From an uncultured Dictyoglomota bacterium (lineage in GTDB: Bacteria > Dictyoglomota > Dictyoglomia > Dictyoglomales > Dictyoglomaceae), in contig CAZZIO010000025.1 of assembly GCA_964654465.1 (NCBI GenBank), forward strand, positions 1-29,213: a stretch of 29,213 bases of DNA. Reading direction: 5' to 3'. The notes under the pieces are model-generated. The model ran no database searches. It was not told the DNA's origin and worked only from the letters and a program-made list of their open reading frames with translations. Both the position numbers and the translations under genes were made by a program. Positions 1 through 9,782 of this stretch are shown here, piece after piece (position 1 is the stretch's first letter; each line of letters opens with the position of its first letter).

Positions 1-90
1 GTTTTAGTACATGCAGGCTTTTCTATTAGTATTCTAAGCGAAGAAGAGGCCGGCGATATATTCTCTACCTTAGAAGAGATTGAAAAGTAA
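1..90 (+). CDS. hypC: Hydrogenase maturation chaperone HypC, 3' end (5' part outside window)
   Basis: Not in ORF track. Frame 1 reads VLVHAGFSISILSEEEAGDIFSTLEEIEK* (TAA 88-90); VLVHxGF...EEEA is the HypC C-terminal motif, and it lies directly before hypD. Confidence 0.9.
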   Translation, partial: VLVHAGFSISILSEEEAGDIFSTLEEIEK

Positions 91-1150
91 AGTGGATATT
101 AAGGAAGTAGTAGAAAGAATAAAAAAGATATCAAAAAAAAAGATAAATATAATGGAATTTTGCGGTACTCATACTCATGAAATCTTTCGTTACGGAATTA
201 GACAACTTTTACCTGAAAATATTCATCTTTTATCAGGACCTGGCTGTCCTGTATGTGTAACATCAGAGGATGATATTGATTACATAATAGATCTTGCACA
301 AAATTATGATTTAGGCATTATAACCTTTGGAGATCTGATAAATGTACCAGGAAATAATGGTAGTTTAAATTACCTAAGAGCAAAAGGTAAAGAAGTAATT
401 GTTGTGTACTCCCCTTTAGAATCTATAAATATAGCAAAACAAAATCCAAACAAAAAATATCTACTTATAGGGATAGGTTTTGAAACAACAGTTCCTAACT
501 TAGCCTTCACTTTAATTAAAGCTAAGGAGGAAAATATCAAAAATCTGTATTTTCTCTCATTACATAAACTAACACCTCCTGCTATGAAAGCAATTTTAGA
601 CATGGGAGAAATAAAAATTGATGGGATTATCGGTCCTGGACATGTGTCTACAATAATAGGGAGAAAGGGTTGGGAAGAATTATTTAATACATATAAAATT
701 CCTTTTGTAATAATGGGATTTAAACCTGAAGAAATATTATATGGAATATATCACTTATTAAAAATTATAGAAGAAGAAAGGCCAGCTCTTATCAATGCAT
801 ATGAAAAAAGCGTAAAAGAAGAAGGAAATAAAACTGCATTAGAATATATGTACAAGGTATTCAAAAAAGGAAGTGCCAATTGGAGAGGTTTAGGAACCAT
901 AGAAGATAGTGGTCTTATTTTAAATGAATCATTTGAAGAATTTGATATCCGAAAAATATATCCTCAAAAACCAAATAGTTTAAAGTCAAAAAACAATTAT
1001 TGCCGATGCGGAGAAGTGTTAAGAGGAGTTATAAAGCCTACAGATTGTCCTCTTTTTGGAAAATCTTGTACACCTGAAAGCCCAAAGGGACCTTGTATGG
1101 TATCCTCAGAAGGCACATGTTCAGCCTATTACATTTATGGAGGAGAATAA
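80..1150 (+). CDS. hypD: Hydrogenase maturation protein HypD
   Basis: Motifs MEFCGTHTH, GPGCPVC, GFETT, GPGHVS and C-terminal CRCG...CPLFG..CTP..P.GPCMVSSEGTC. Start is TTG 80 or in-frame GTG 92. Confidence 0.97.
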   Translation: MKSKVDIKEVVERIKKISKKKINIMEFCGTHTHEIFRYGIRQLLPENIHLLSGPGCPVCVTSEDDIDYIIDLAQNYDLGIITFGDLINVPGNNGSLNYLRAKGKEVIVVYSPLESINIAKQNPNKKYLLIGIGFETTVPNLAFTLIKAKEENIKNLYFLSLHKLTPPAMKAILDMGEIKIDGIIGPGHVSTIIGRKGWEELFNTYKIPFVIMGFKPEEILYGIYHLLKIIEEERPALINAYEKSVKEEGNKTALEYMYKVFKKGSANWRGLGTIEDSGLILNESFEEFDIRKIYPQKPNSLKSKNNYCRCGEVLRGVIKPTDCPLFGKSCTPESPKGPCMVSSEGTCSAYYIYGGE

Positions 1151-2149
1151 ATGGAAGATATTATTCTTCTTTCTCATGGAAATGGAGGAGAAGCAACAAG
1201 AAAACTTATTGAAGAAGAGATATTGAAATACCTTGGAAATGAAATCTTAGAAGAGCTATTAGATTCTGCTCTTATAGATATAAAAGGGAAAATTGCATTT
1301 ACGACAGATTCCTTTGTAGTATCTCCTATCTTCTTCAAGGGTGGAGATATTGGAAAACTATCCATATACGGTACCATAAATGACCTCTCAGTAATGGGAG
1401 CAAAACCTCTTTATATAAGTGTAGGATTTATCTTAGAAGAAGGCCTATCTTTAAATGAGTTTAGAAAAATATTAGAATCTATGCGATCTGCTATAGATGA
1501 ATGTAATGTTAAAGTGGTGACTGGAGATACAAAGGTGGTAGAAAAAGGTAAGGGAGATAAAATTTACATAAACACTACAGGAATTGGCATAATAGAAGAT
1601 GGGATAAGTTGGCATGGTAGAAAAATAGAGGAAGGTGACATTGTAATTATAAATGGAGAGATTGGAGAACATGGACTATCAATAATGTTGGAAAGATTGG
1701 GAATAAAAACCGAAGAAATAGAATCAGACCTTGCTCCACTTCATAACATAACTCTTCCTCTTTTAAAAATCAGTAGTGGGATAAAATTTATGAGAGATCC
1801 AACAAGAGGAGGAGTTGCTGGTGTACTAAATGAAATTGCTCAAAAATATAATGTGGAAATTGAGATAGATGAAGAAAAAATTCCCGTAAAACCATGGGTT
1901 AAAAATGCCAGTGAAATTCTTGGAATAGATCCTCTATACTCTGCCAATGAAGGAAAAGTTGTTATCATTGCAGATAAAAAGGAGGAGAAAAAAATTATAG
2001 AATTTTTAAGAAATCACCCTTTAGGTCAAAAAGCACAAATAATAGGAGAAGTAAGGGGAAAAGGAAAAAGAGTTTACTTAAAAACTAAAATGGGAACAAA
2101 GAGGATATTAGATCCTCTAAAAAAGGATCTTTTACCAAGAATTTGTTAA
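1151..2149 (+). CDS. hypE: Hydrogenase maturation carbamoyl dehydratase HypE
   Basis: HGNGG, FTTDSFVV, GTINDL, VTGDTKVV, MRDPTRGG, ANEGK and the diagnostic C-terminal PRIC; GGAGGAG RBS at the end of hypD. Confidence 0.97.
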   Translation: MEDIILLSHGNGGEATRKLIEEEILKYLGNEILEELLDSALIDIKGKIAFTTDSFVVSPIFFKGGDIGKLSIYGTINDLSVMGAKPLYISVGFILEEGLSLNEFRKILESMRSAIDECNVKVVTGDTKVVEKGKGDKIYINTTGIGIIEDGISWHGRKIEEGDIVIINGEIGEHGLSIMLERLGIKTEEIESDLAPLHNITLPLLKISSGIKFMRDPTRGGVAGVLNEIAQKYNVEIEIDEEKIPVKPWVKNASEILGIDPLYSANEGKVVIIADKKEEKKIIEFLRNHPLGQKAQIIGEVRGKGKRVYLKTKMGTKRILDPLKKDLLPRIC

Positions 2150-2179
2150 AATCTAAGAATTAGGAAGGAGAATAATTTT

Positions 2180-3316
2180 ATGAATACAAAAGTTGTAGTA
2201 TATGAAACCGATTATAATAAAGATGAGTTAAAAGAAAAAATTTTAAAAGCTTTTGATCATTTTAAGCTACCAGATCTTAAAGGAAAAAAGACTTTTATTA
2301 AGCCTAATCTTCTTATGGCAGCACCTCCAGAAAAAGCTATTACAACTCACCCAATTTTAATAGAATCTTTAATAGAAGTACTTAAAGAAAAAGGAGTAAA
2401 GGACGTATATATTGGGGACACCCCTGGAACCACAGCTACAAACATGGATCATCTATATAGAATAACAGGTTTAAAAGAGGTAGCAGAAAGACAAGGAGCA
2501 AATCTTGTTAATTTATATACCTATGGAGTTATAAGTATTAAGAGTGACATTGCAGGAGAAATACCAATAACAAAATTTATAAAAGAAGTGGATTACATAA
2601 TAAATGTACCCAAATTAAAAACCCATACCTTTATGCTAATGACGTGTGCTATAAAAAACACATTTGGTCTTGTACCCGGCATGAATAAATCAAAAATGCA
2701 TGCTATTGCAATAAATCCAGAAAGCTTTGCCAAAATTTTAGTAGATATATTTAAAGAAGTAAACCCCTTAATAAATATCGTTGATGGAATTATAGGTATG
2801 GAAGGAGAAGGACCATCTGCTGGTAATCCAAGAAGATTTGGGAAATTAATAATAGGTGATGACGCAGTTGCGGTAGATGTAATATCAAGTATAATCCTTG
2901 GATATAGTCCCCAGGAAATATTCACAAACTTGATAGCCTATAAGAAGGGTCTTGGTGAGATAGATATAGAGAAAATTGAGATTATCGGTGAAGAAAAAGA
3001 TAAACTTTACAATCATAATGTAGCAAAGGTTAAAAACTTCTACTCCATAACAAAAAATTTACCATCTTTTATGGGTAATATAGCTTCTTTTTTATTTAAC
3101 AAACTAATACGACAATATCCTGTTATTGATGATACCAAATGTATAAAATGCAGAATATGCGAGAATGGTTGTCCTAAGAAAGCTATATCTTTAATAAATA
3201 ATAAAATGGTTATAGATTACAGTAAATGCATCTCTTGTTTTTGTTGTCATGAACTTTGCCCTCAAAAAGCAATTAGACTTGAAAAAAGTTTATTAGCAAA
3301 GAACATATTTAGATAA
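2180..3316 (+). CDS. DUF362-family protein with C-terminal 2x[4Fe-4S] ferredoxin domain
   Basis: IKPNL, TTHP, PKLKTH, AIKNTFG, DGIIGMEGEGP, DAVAVD; C-terminal CIKCRICENGCP and CISCFCCHELCP; AAGGAG RBS. Confidence 0.88.
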   Translation: MNTKVVVYETDYNKDELKEKILKAFDHFKLPDLKGKKTFIKPNLLMAAPPEKAITTHPILIESLIEVLKEKGVKDVYIGDTPGTTATNMDHLYRITGLKEVAERQGANLVNLYTYGVISIKSDIAGEIPITKFIKEVDYIINVPKLKTHTFMLMTCAIKNTFGLVPGMNKSKMHAIAINPESFAKILVDIFKEVNPLINIVDGIIGMEGEGPSAGNPRRFGKLIIGDDAVAVDVISSIILGYSPQEIFTNLIAYKKGLGEIDIEKIEIIGEEKDKLYNHNVAKVKNFYSITKNLPSFMGNIASFLFNKLIRQYPVIDDTKCIKCRICENGCPKKAISLINNKMVIDYSKCISCFCCHELCPQKAIRLEKSLLAKNIFR

Positions 3317-3320
3317 AAAA

Positions 3321-4391
3321 TTAATCTTCTTCCAAAGACAAAATTTTTCTTCCAAAAATGGAGATAAGAAAGACAAAAATCAAAACCATTATAGTAGATA
3401 AAGTATATATAAAACTTAAATCTCCTTCTTCAACACCTACAGATATTCTTAAAGCTTTACCTACATAATAAAGGGGCAAAAAACGAGCTAAAATCTTCAG
3501 ATAATTAGGTAGAAAATCAAGAGGAAAATACACACCTGAAAAGAAAAGCATTATATTTACAAGTAAGTTCCCTACATTATTTGCAGTTTGTGGCTCTTTA
3601 AATAAAGCAGAAAGTATAATACCTAATACCATCATACCAAGAATTGAAGAGAATAAAGACAATAAAAAGAGACCCCAATTGATTGAAAAGTTAAGATTAA
3701 AAATGATTTGGGCTACCAAAAGAACAAGTATACATGATAAAATACTTAAAATAACGTTAGCAAAGACCATACCTGATACAAATGATAAAGGACTTATTGG
3801 AGTTACTGCAAATCTTTTTAATACCTTCCTTTTCCTATAATATCCAAAAAGAGCAATCATAGTAAATATAGATCCTGAAATAGAAAAACTTAAAACACCA
3901 GGAATGCTATATCCTAAGCTTGTTACACGAACCTTTCCAGGATCAATAAATTCTTCTTCAACTTTAACAATTCCCCTTCCCTTGCCTATCTCATGGAGTG
4001 CATAAACATTAGCAAGATTTTCTCCAAGAGTCCTTAAGAATGGTTTCTGCTGAAAACTTGAAAAGTTAATTAATAAATTAAATTCATTTCTGTCAAATAT
4101 TACTCCCCCATCTATATACCCTCCTAATACCTGATTCCTTAATTCTTCCTCATTATCTACTAATACAACTTTCATATCTCCTAACTCTTTTAATACTTGA
4201 ACAAGATCACTATTATCTTTAATAATTCCTAAAGAAATACCATATTCGTTAGTACCTGTAGCACTTTCACCAAAAACAAAGCCAAATATTATGACAAAGA
4301 TAAGAGGAAGTATAATGGTAAAGAGAAAGGTAAAGGTATCTCTATAAAAACTTTTTATTCTATAAAATGCAATATTAATAAATACTCTCAT
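3321..4391 (-). CDS. ABC-2 type exporter permease
   Basis: One N-terminal TM, extracytoplasmic domain, then about five TMs; LKRFAVTP and FFSGVYFP motifs; ATGA overlap with the upstream permease. Confidence 0.9.
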   Translation of the reverse strand: MRVFINIAFYRIKSFYRDTFTFLFTIILPLIFVIIFGFVFGESATGTNEYGISLGIIKDNSDLVQVLKELGDMKVVLVDNEEELRNQVLGGYIDGGVIFDRNEFNLLINFSSFQQKPFLRTLGENLANVYALHEIGKGRGIVKVEEEFIDPGKVRVTSLGYSIPGVLSFSISGSIFTMIALFGYYRKRKVLKRFAVTPISPLSFVSGMVFANVILSILSCILVLLVAQIIFNLNFSINWGLFLLSLFSSILGMMVLGIILSALFKEPQTANNVGNLLVNIMLFFSGVYFPLDFLPNYLKILARFLPLYYVGKALRISVGVEEGDLSFIYTLSTIMVLIFVFLISIFGRKILSLEED

Positions 4392-5554
4392 GTTAATTCC
4401 ATATTTCTATATTTTTTAATAGATATCAGCAAAAAGATTAAAAAGTAAACTAAAGGAATCAAAATAGTTAAATATATAGGATATGGTGAAGGCATAATAC
4501 CAAGCGTATCCCTTATACCCGCTGCCAAATACGTGATAGGATTAATAATAACAATCCACTTTACAAACCACGGCACATCATTCACAGGAAAGTAAATTCC
4601 ACCAAGAAATTGTAATGGAAAATTAAGAATCTGCCCTATCACATTAGCTGAATTGGTGTTTTTAGCTACCGCTGATATAAAAAATCCAAAGGTAGAAATG
4701 GTAAACATGGTAAGAAATACATAAAAAATAAAATAGAAAGAGAAAGGATTAACAGAACTTTTATAAATCACCTTTCCCACAAAGGAGAGAACCAAAATCT
4801 GAAGAATAAAAAAATAAAAGCGAGAGAGAAAATAAGATAGGAAAAAATTAAGAGGTGAAATAGGGGTTAACTGAAATCTTTTTAATATTTTACCTTCCCT
4901 ATACCAGGAAAGTTCTTGCCCAATTCCAAACATTCCTGTAAAAAATATAGCAATTATAACAATTCCTGGAAATATGAAATCAACATATGAAAATCCCTTT
5001 TTGCTACCTAATATTTTGCTTTTCACCTTATATTCATTGACATTTGTCATCCTTTTTACAAATTCTAAATTCATTCTATCTATAATACTTCTTACAACCA
5101 TACTTGCAGCTTGAGAAGAAAGACTATGCCTCAAGGTATAAACTTTAATTGGTACTGGATTTACATCAGCTCCAAACATTCTCATAGTGATATTAGAAAG
5201 TACAAGAGAATCAAATCCTTCGGGAATTTCTACTATAAGTTTTGTCTTACCCTTTTTCAAATCTTCAAGTAGTTTTTCTCCAATACTAATATTTTTAAAA
5301 ATTTTTAAATTAAATATCTTTTCTTCTCCTTTACTTAGATCTTCAAATACATTGTAAATAATATTTGAAAAATCTCCTGATTCATTTTTTACCAAATAAA
5401 TATCAAAATTAACCCTCTTTACTTCATATAAAGATGAAAAAATAGTTATAAGAATCATCATTAAGATTGCTGGAAATGCGATACACCAAAAAATATAAGC
5501 TTTTTCCCTTATAGCAGATTTAAAAAAATAGGTTGAATTTTTAATAATCATCAT
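4388..5554 (-). CDS. ABC-2 type exporter permease
   Basis: Same architecture; YVDFIFPG, LKRFQLTP, FLGGIYFP, NPITY; ATGA overlap with the ATPase gene. Confidence 0.9.
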   Translation of the reverse strand: MMIIKNSTYFFKSAIREKAYIFWCIAFPAILMMILITIFSSLYEVKRVNFDIYLVKNESGDFSNIIYNVFEDLSKGEEKIFNLKIFKNISIGEKLLEDLKKGKTKLIVEIPEGFDSLVLSNITMRMFGADVNPVPIKVYTLRHSLSSQAASMVVRSIIDRMNLEFVKRMTNVNEYKVKSKILGSKKGFSYVDFIFPGIVIIAIFFTGMFGIGQELSWYREGKILKRFQLTPISPLNFFLSYFLSRFYFFILQILVLSFVGKVIYKSSVNPFSFYFIFYVFLTMFTISTFGFFISAVAKNTNSANVIGQILNFPLQFLGGIYFPVNDVPWFVKWIVIINPITYLAAGIRDTLGIMPSPYPIYLTILIPLVYFLIFLLISIKKYRNMELT

Positions 5555-6483
5555 TCTTCTCTAAGCTGTCTTCCTGTTAATGTTAAAAATACATCCTCTA
5601 AATTTGGCTGTCTTATAGTCTCATTTCTAACCTTTATACCTTTTCCTTTAGCTATCTTTAAAAGGTTCTCGATAGCCTCTAAAACATTGTTTGTCTTAAT
5701 CACAAGACGCTTATTCTTAGAATTAAATACATAATTCAATCCCATATTATTTAAATCTTCTAAAAAGCTATGATTTTCTTCTATATCTACTTCAATCACA
5801 CTTTCCCCTCCTATACTTCTTATTAGATCTTCTGGAGTACCCTCTGCTATTATTTTTCCATGATCCATAATACATACCCAATCAGCTAAAAATTCTGCTT
5901 CTTCCATATAATGTGTTGTAAGAACTATAGTTTTACCTTTCTTCTTTAGATCCAAAAGAAGATCCCATACACTTCTTCTTGCTTGAGGATCAAGGCCAGT
6001 TGTTGGTTCATCCAAAAATAAAAGAAGAGGATCATTAATAATAGCAAGTCCTATAGCAAGTCTTTGTCTTTGACCACCCGAAAGTTTCTCCACATAACTT
6101 TTCTCTTTTTCTTTTAAATTAACAAAGTCAAGTACATCATCTACCTTTAGTCCGCGCTTATAAAAACTTCTAAACATAGAAAGAGTTTCCCTTACAGTAA
6201 GATGAGAAATAAGATTAGTCTCCTGTAAAGAAACACCTATTAACTCTTTCTCTTCTCTCCCAATTCTATCAACTTGTCTTCCAAATATAGTAATCTTGCC
6301 ACTATCTGGGGTTCTTAAACCTTCAATTATTTCAAGTGTTGTTGTCTTTCCCGCACCATTAGGCCCCAAAAGAGTAAAAATAGACCCTTGTTTTATCTTA
6401 AAGCTTACACCATCTACCGCTTTAACATTACCATAATATTTTCTTAGATCTTCGACTTCTACAAGAAATTTATGGCTATTCAT
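5551..6483 (-). CDS. ABC transporter ATP-binding protein (DrrA/CcmA-like)
   Basis: Walker A GPNGAGKTT, LSGGQ, LFLDEPTTGLD, TTHYM and C-terminal LEDVFLTLTG. Confidence 0.95.
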   Translation of the reverse strand: MNSHKFLVEVEDLRKYYGNVKAVDGVSFKIKQGSIFTLLGPNGAGKTTTLEIIEGLRTPDSGKITIFGRQVDRIGREEKELIGVSLQETNLISHLTVRETLSMFRSFYKRGLKVDDVLDFVNLKEKEKSYVEKLSGGQRQRLAIGLAIINDPLLLFLDEPTTGLDPQARRSVWDLLLDLKKKGKTIVLTTHYMEEAEFLADWVCIMDHGKIIAEGTPEDLIRSIGGESVIEVDIEENHSFLEDLNNMGLNYVFNSKNKRLVIKTNNVLEAIENLLKIAKGKGIKVRNETIRQPNLEDVFLTLTGRQLREE

Positions 6484-6490
6484 AAAATAT

Positions 6491-6519
6491 ATAGTAGGAT
6501 AAACTCAAAAGAAAGTCAA
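6491..6519 (-). promoter_or_regulatory. Sigma70-type promoter for the ABC-2 operon
   Basis: Minus strand TTGACT (6519-6514), 17 nt, TACTAT (6496-6491); the ATG at 6483 follows after a 7-nt gap. Confidence 0.6.
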
Positions 6520-6531
6520 TTAAAGTTATAC

Positions 6532-6648
6532 ATAAAAAGGGAAATTGATATGATGGTTAAAATGTTAAAAAACAATATATTGACTTATGTCTACCAATTA
6601 TATTAAAATTTCTACTAAATATTTATAAAAAGGGATGGTTAAAATGTT
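6532..6648 (+). repeat. Direct repeat ATAAAAAGGG...ATGGTTAAAATGTT, two copies
   Basis: GATGGTTAAAATGTT is identical at 6552-6566 and 6634-6648; ATAAAAAGGG is identical at 6532-6541 and 6625-6634; copy 1 has 11 extra nt between the blocks. Confidence 0.8.
6580..6609 (+). promoter_or_regulatory. Sigma70-type promoter for the xylan cluster
   Basis: TTGACT (6580-6585), 18 nt, TAAAAT (6604-6609), ending 25-35 nt before the candidate starts. Confidence 0.5.
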
Positions 6649-8197
6649 CGTCACTAAAGGTAATATAAAAAGGTTTTTTAGTACTATGTATACAATCGTT
6701 TTTATTATTATCTTCCTTTTATTATTAATTCCATTAAAGGCAGAAACAAGCGCTACGCTTAGTGCGGATATTATAGTTATACCTAAAAAACCTATTGGTA
6801 AAAAACCGACTAATGGGAATCCATTAATATCCCACAAATTTGGTGCAGATCCAGCTGTTCTTGTATATAACGATAGAGTGTACATATATCTTACTAATGA
6901 CATTTTAGAATATGATATTAATGGTAATGTAAAAGAAAACTCATATAGTAAAATTAACAAGATAAGCGTTATATCATCAGAAGATCTTGCCAATTGGACT
7001 GATCATGGTGAAATTGAGGTAGCCGGATCTAATGGCATTGCTAAATGGGCAATGAATTCTTGGGCTCCTGCAGTAGTATGTAAAAAAATAAATGGTAAAG
7101 ATAAATTTTTCCTTTATTTTTCAAACAATGCCAGTGGTATTGGTGTCTTGACATCAGAATCACCAATTGGTCCTTGGACAGATCCTCTTGGAAAGGCTCT
7201 TATTTCTTGGTATACTCCCGGAGTAGTGGGAGTTGTATGGTTATTTGATCCTGCTGTACTTGTAGATGATGATGGAAAAGCATATATTTATTTTGGTGGG
7301 GGAGTTCCAAAAGGAAAAGAAGAAATGCCTAACACAGCAAGAGTTATGCAGCTTGGCAATGACATGATAAGCGTTATAGGAGAGGCAAAAGTAATACCAG
7401 CTCCCTTTATGTTTGAAGCCTCAGGAATTAATAAAATAAATGGTCTATATTACTACTCCTATTGTACAAATTTTTACGCTGGACCAAAACCTGCAGGAAG
7501 CCCTCCCACAGGAGCTATAGTATACATGACAAGTAAAAACCCTATGGGACCCTGGGAATACCAAGGAGTAATATTGAAAAATCCAGGATACTTCTTTATT
7601 GTTGGTGGTAATAATCATCATCAACTTTTTGAATTTAAAGGTAAATGGTATATCGCATATCATGCTCAGACTCTTGCGTTAGACATGGGAGTTGCAAAAG
7701 GTTATAGATCACCTCATATAAATGAAGTAAAAATTGAAAACGGAAAGATTAAAGAAGTTATAGCAGATTACAAGGGAGTATCTCAAATAAAACCCTTTGA
7801 TCCTTATAAAACTGTTGAAGCAGAAACGTTCGCATGGTGTGCAGGAATCTCTACAAAGAAAGAAAATGCAAGCAACAATATGTGTTTAACAGATATAGAT
7901 AATGGGGATTGGATCGCCCTATCAAAAGTTGATTTTGGAAATATACCACCGAAGAAATTTGAAGCCGTGGTTTCCAATATCAATGGGAAAAGTTATATAG
8001 AAATTAGATTAGATTCTATAGATAGTAAACCAATTTCTGTTATAGAGATTACCCCACAGAACAATGATTCATCAAAATGGATTAAAGTGGAAGCAGATAT
8101 CAACAACATAACAGGTACTCACGACTTATATTTTGTTTTTAAAGGTGAAAAAGCAGTTAATTTATTTGATATGGATACATGGAGATTTGTAAAGTAA
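6635..8197 (+). CDS. xynD: Secreted GH43 arabinoxylan arabinofuranohydrolase-like enzyme with C-terminal CBM6
   Basis: Hydrophobic N-terminal signal; GH43 catalytic motifs GADP, WAP, LFDP, MFEA and NNHH; CBM6 features VEAET, NGDWI...VDFG, TGTHDLYFVFKG. ATG 6644 is better spaced from the RBS than ATG 6635. Confidence 0.88.
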   Translation: MVKMFVTKGNIKRFFSTMYTIVFIIIFLLLLIPLKAETSATLSADIIVIPKKPIGKKPTNGNPLISHKFGADPAVLVYNDRVYIYLTNDILEYDINGNVKENSYSKINKISVISSEDLANWTDHGEIEVAGSNGIAKWAMNSWAPAVVCKKINGKDKFFLYFSNNASGIGVLTSESPIGPWTDPLGKALISWYTPGVVGVVWLFDPAVLVDDDGKAYIYFGGGVPKGKEEMPNTARVMQLGNDMISVIGEAKVIPAPFMFEASGINKINGLYYYSYCTNFYAGPKPAGSPPTGAIVYMTSKNPMGPWEYQGVILKNPGYFFIVGGNNHHQLFEFKGKWYIAYHAQTLALDMGVAKGYRSPHINEVKIENGKIKEVIADYKGVSQIKPFDPYKTVEAETFAWCAGISTKKENASNNMCLTDIDNGDWIALSKVDFGNIPPKKFEAVVSNINGKSYIEIRLDSIDSKPISVIEITPQNNDSSKWIKVEADINNITGTHDLYFVFKGEKAVNLFDMDTWRFVK

Positions 8198-8232
8198 AAA
8201 GAAAATTTATAAATATTGGAGGTTAATAAATA

Positions 8233-9738
8233 ATGACTCATATCAAAATTGAAAAAGACAAACAAATAGGAACTTTTCCTGACAATTGGAAATTTTGTGT
8301 TGGTAGTGGTCGAATAGGTCTTGCTCTTCAAAAAGAATATATTGATGCTCTAACTTATGTACAACAGCATATTGGATTTAAATATTTAAGAGCCCACGGA
8401 CTCCTTCATGATGATGTAGGAATATACCGTGAAGACATAGTTGGAAATACCGTTCAACCTTTTTACAACTTTACATATATTGATAGAATTTACGATACAT
8501 TTTTAGAACTTGGTATACGTCCTTTTGTAGAAATAGGCTTCATGCCATCAAAACTTGCTTCTGGTACACAAACTATATTCTATTGGAGAGGAAATGTTAC
8601 TCCTCCCAGTGATTATAATAAATGGGAAAAACTCATTAAAGCAGTAGTTAAACATTTTATTGAAAGATATGGAGAAAAAGAGGTAGAACAGTGGCCCTTT
8701 GAAATATGGAACGAACCCAATTTAAGTGGATTCTGGAAAGATGCCAATCAAGCTGAGTATTTTAAATTATACGAGGTCACAGTAAAAGCTATAAAAGAGG
8801 TAGATGAAAACATAAAAGTTGGTGGACCCGCTATTTGTGGAGGAGGAGAACATTGGATAGATGACTTTCTAAATTTTTGTTATAAAAATAACGTACCTGT
8901 AGACTTTGTAACCAGACATTCATACACAGCAAAAACACCTGAATATACGCCACACTTTGCTTATCATGATGTAAATCCTATTGATTACATGATAAGGGAA
9001 TTTAGAGAGGTAAGAAATCAAGTAAAAAATTCACCTTTCCCTAATTTACCCATCCACATAACCGAATACAATAGCTCTTATAATCCTTTATGCCCTATAC
9101 ATGACACTCCCTTTAATGCTGCATACCTTGCAAGGGTTTTAAGTGAGGGCGGGGATTATGTAGATTCCTTCTCTTACTGGACATTTAGTGATGTCTTTGA
9201 AGAGGCAGATGTGCCAAGATCAATTTTTCATGGTGGCTTTGGGTTAGTGGCATTTAATAACATCCCGAAACCTGTATTCCATATGTTTACATTTTTCAAT
9301 GCAATGGGCAAAAAGATATTGTATAGAGATGAACATATTTTAGTAACTCAAAGAGAAGATGGATCTATTGCTATTGTTGCATGGAATGAGGTTATGAGCA
9401 AAGATGCAGAACAAGAAAGAGAATATAAGCTCGAAATACCAGTAGAATTCGAAGATGTATTTATAAAGCAAAAATTAATAGATGAGAATCATGGTAATCC
9501 ATGGAAGACATGGATCGATATGGGTAGACCAAGATTTCCATCAAAGGAGCAAATAAAAACCTTGAAAGAAGTAGCTCAACCCTACATTACCACATGGCGA
9601 ATGAAAGCAAACAATGGATACATAACATTCAATATAAAACTTGGTAAAAACGCAGTAGCATTGTATGAATTGTCAAAAATTAAAGATGAAACACCTACAT
9701 ACATAGGACTTGATGATAGCAAGATTCCGGGATACTAA
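8233..9738 (+). CDS. xynB: GH39 beta-xylosidase (cytoplasmic)
   Basis: [17 protein letters not shown] (acid/base), HITEYN (nucleophile), [27 protein letters not shown]; no signal peptide. Confidence 0.95.
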   Translation: MTHIKIEKDKQIGTFPDNWKFCVGSGRIGLALQKEYIDALTYVQQHIGFKYLRAHGLLHDDVGIYREDIVGNTVQPFYNFTYIDRIYDTFLELGIRPFVEIGFMPSKLASGTQTIFYWRGNVTPPSDYNKWEKLIKAVVKHFIERYGEKEVEQWPFEIWNEPNLSGFWKDANQAEYFKLYEVTVKAIKEVDENIKVGGPAICGGGEHWIDDFLNFCYKNNVPVDFVTRHSYTAKTPEYTPHFAYHDVNPIDYMIREFREVRNQVKNSPFPNLPIHITEYNSSYNPLCPIHDTPFNAAYLARVLSEGGDYVDSFSYWTFSDVFEEADVPRSIFHGGFGLVAFNNIPKPVFHMFTFFNAMGKKILYRDEHILVTQREDGSIAIVAWNEVMSKDAEQEREYKLEIPVEFEDVFIKQKLIDENHGNPWKTWIDMGRPRFPSKEQIKTLKEVAQPYITTWRMKANNGYITFNIKLGKNAVALYELSKIKDETPTYIGLDDSKIPGY

Positions 9739-9782
9739 TATCCTTATATATTAATGTATAAATTCGAAGGAGGAGTCTTATA

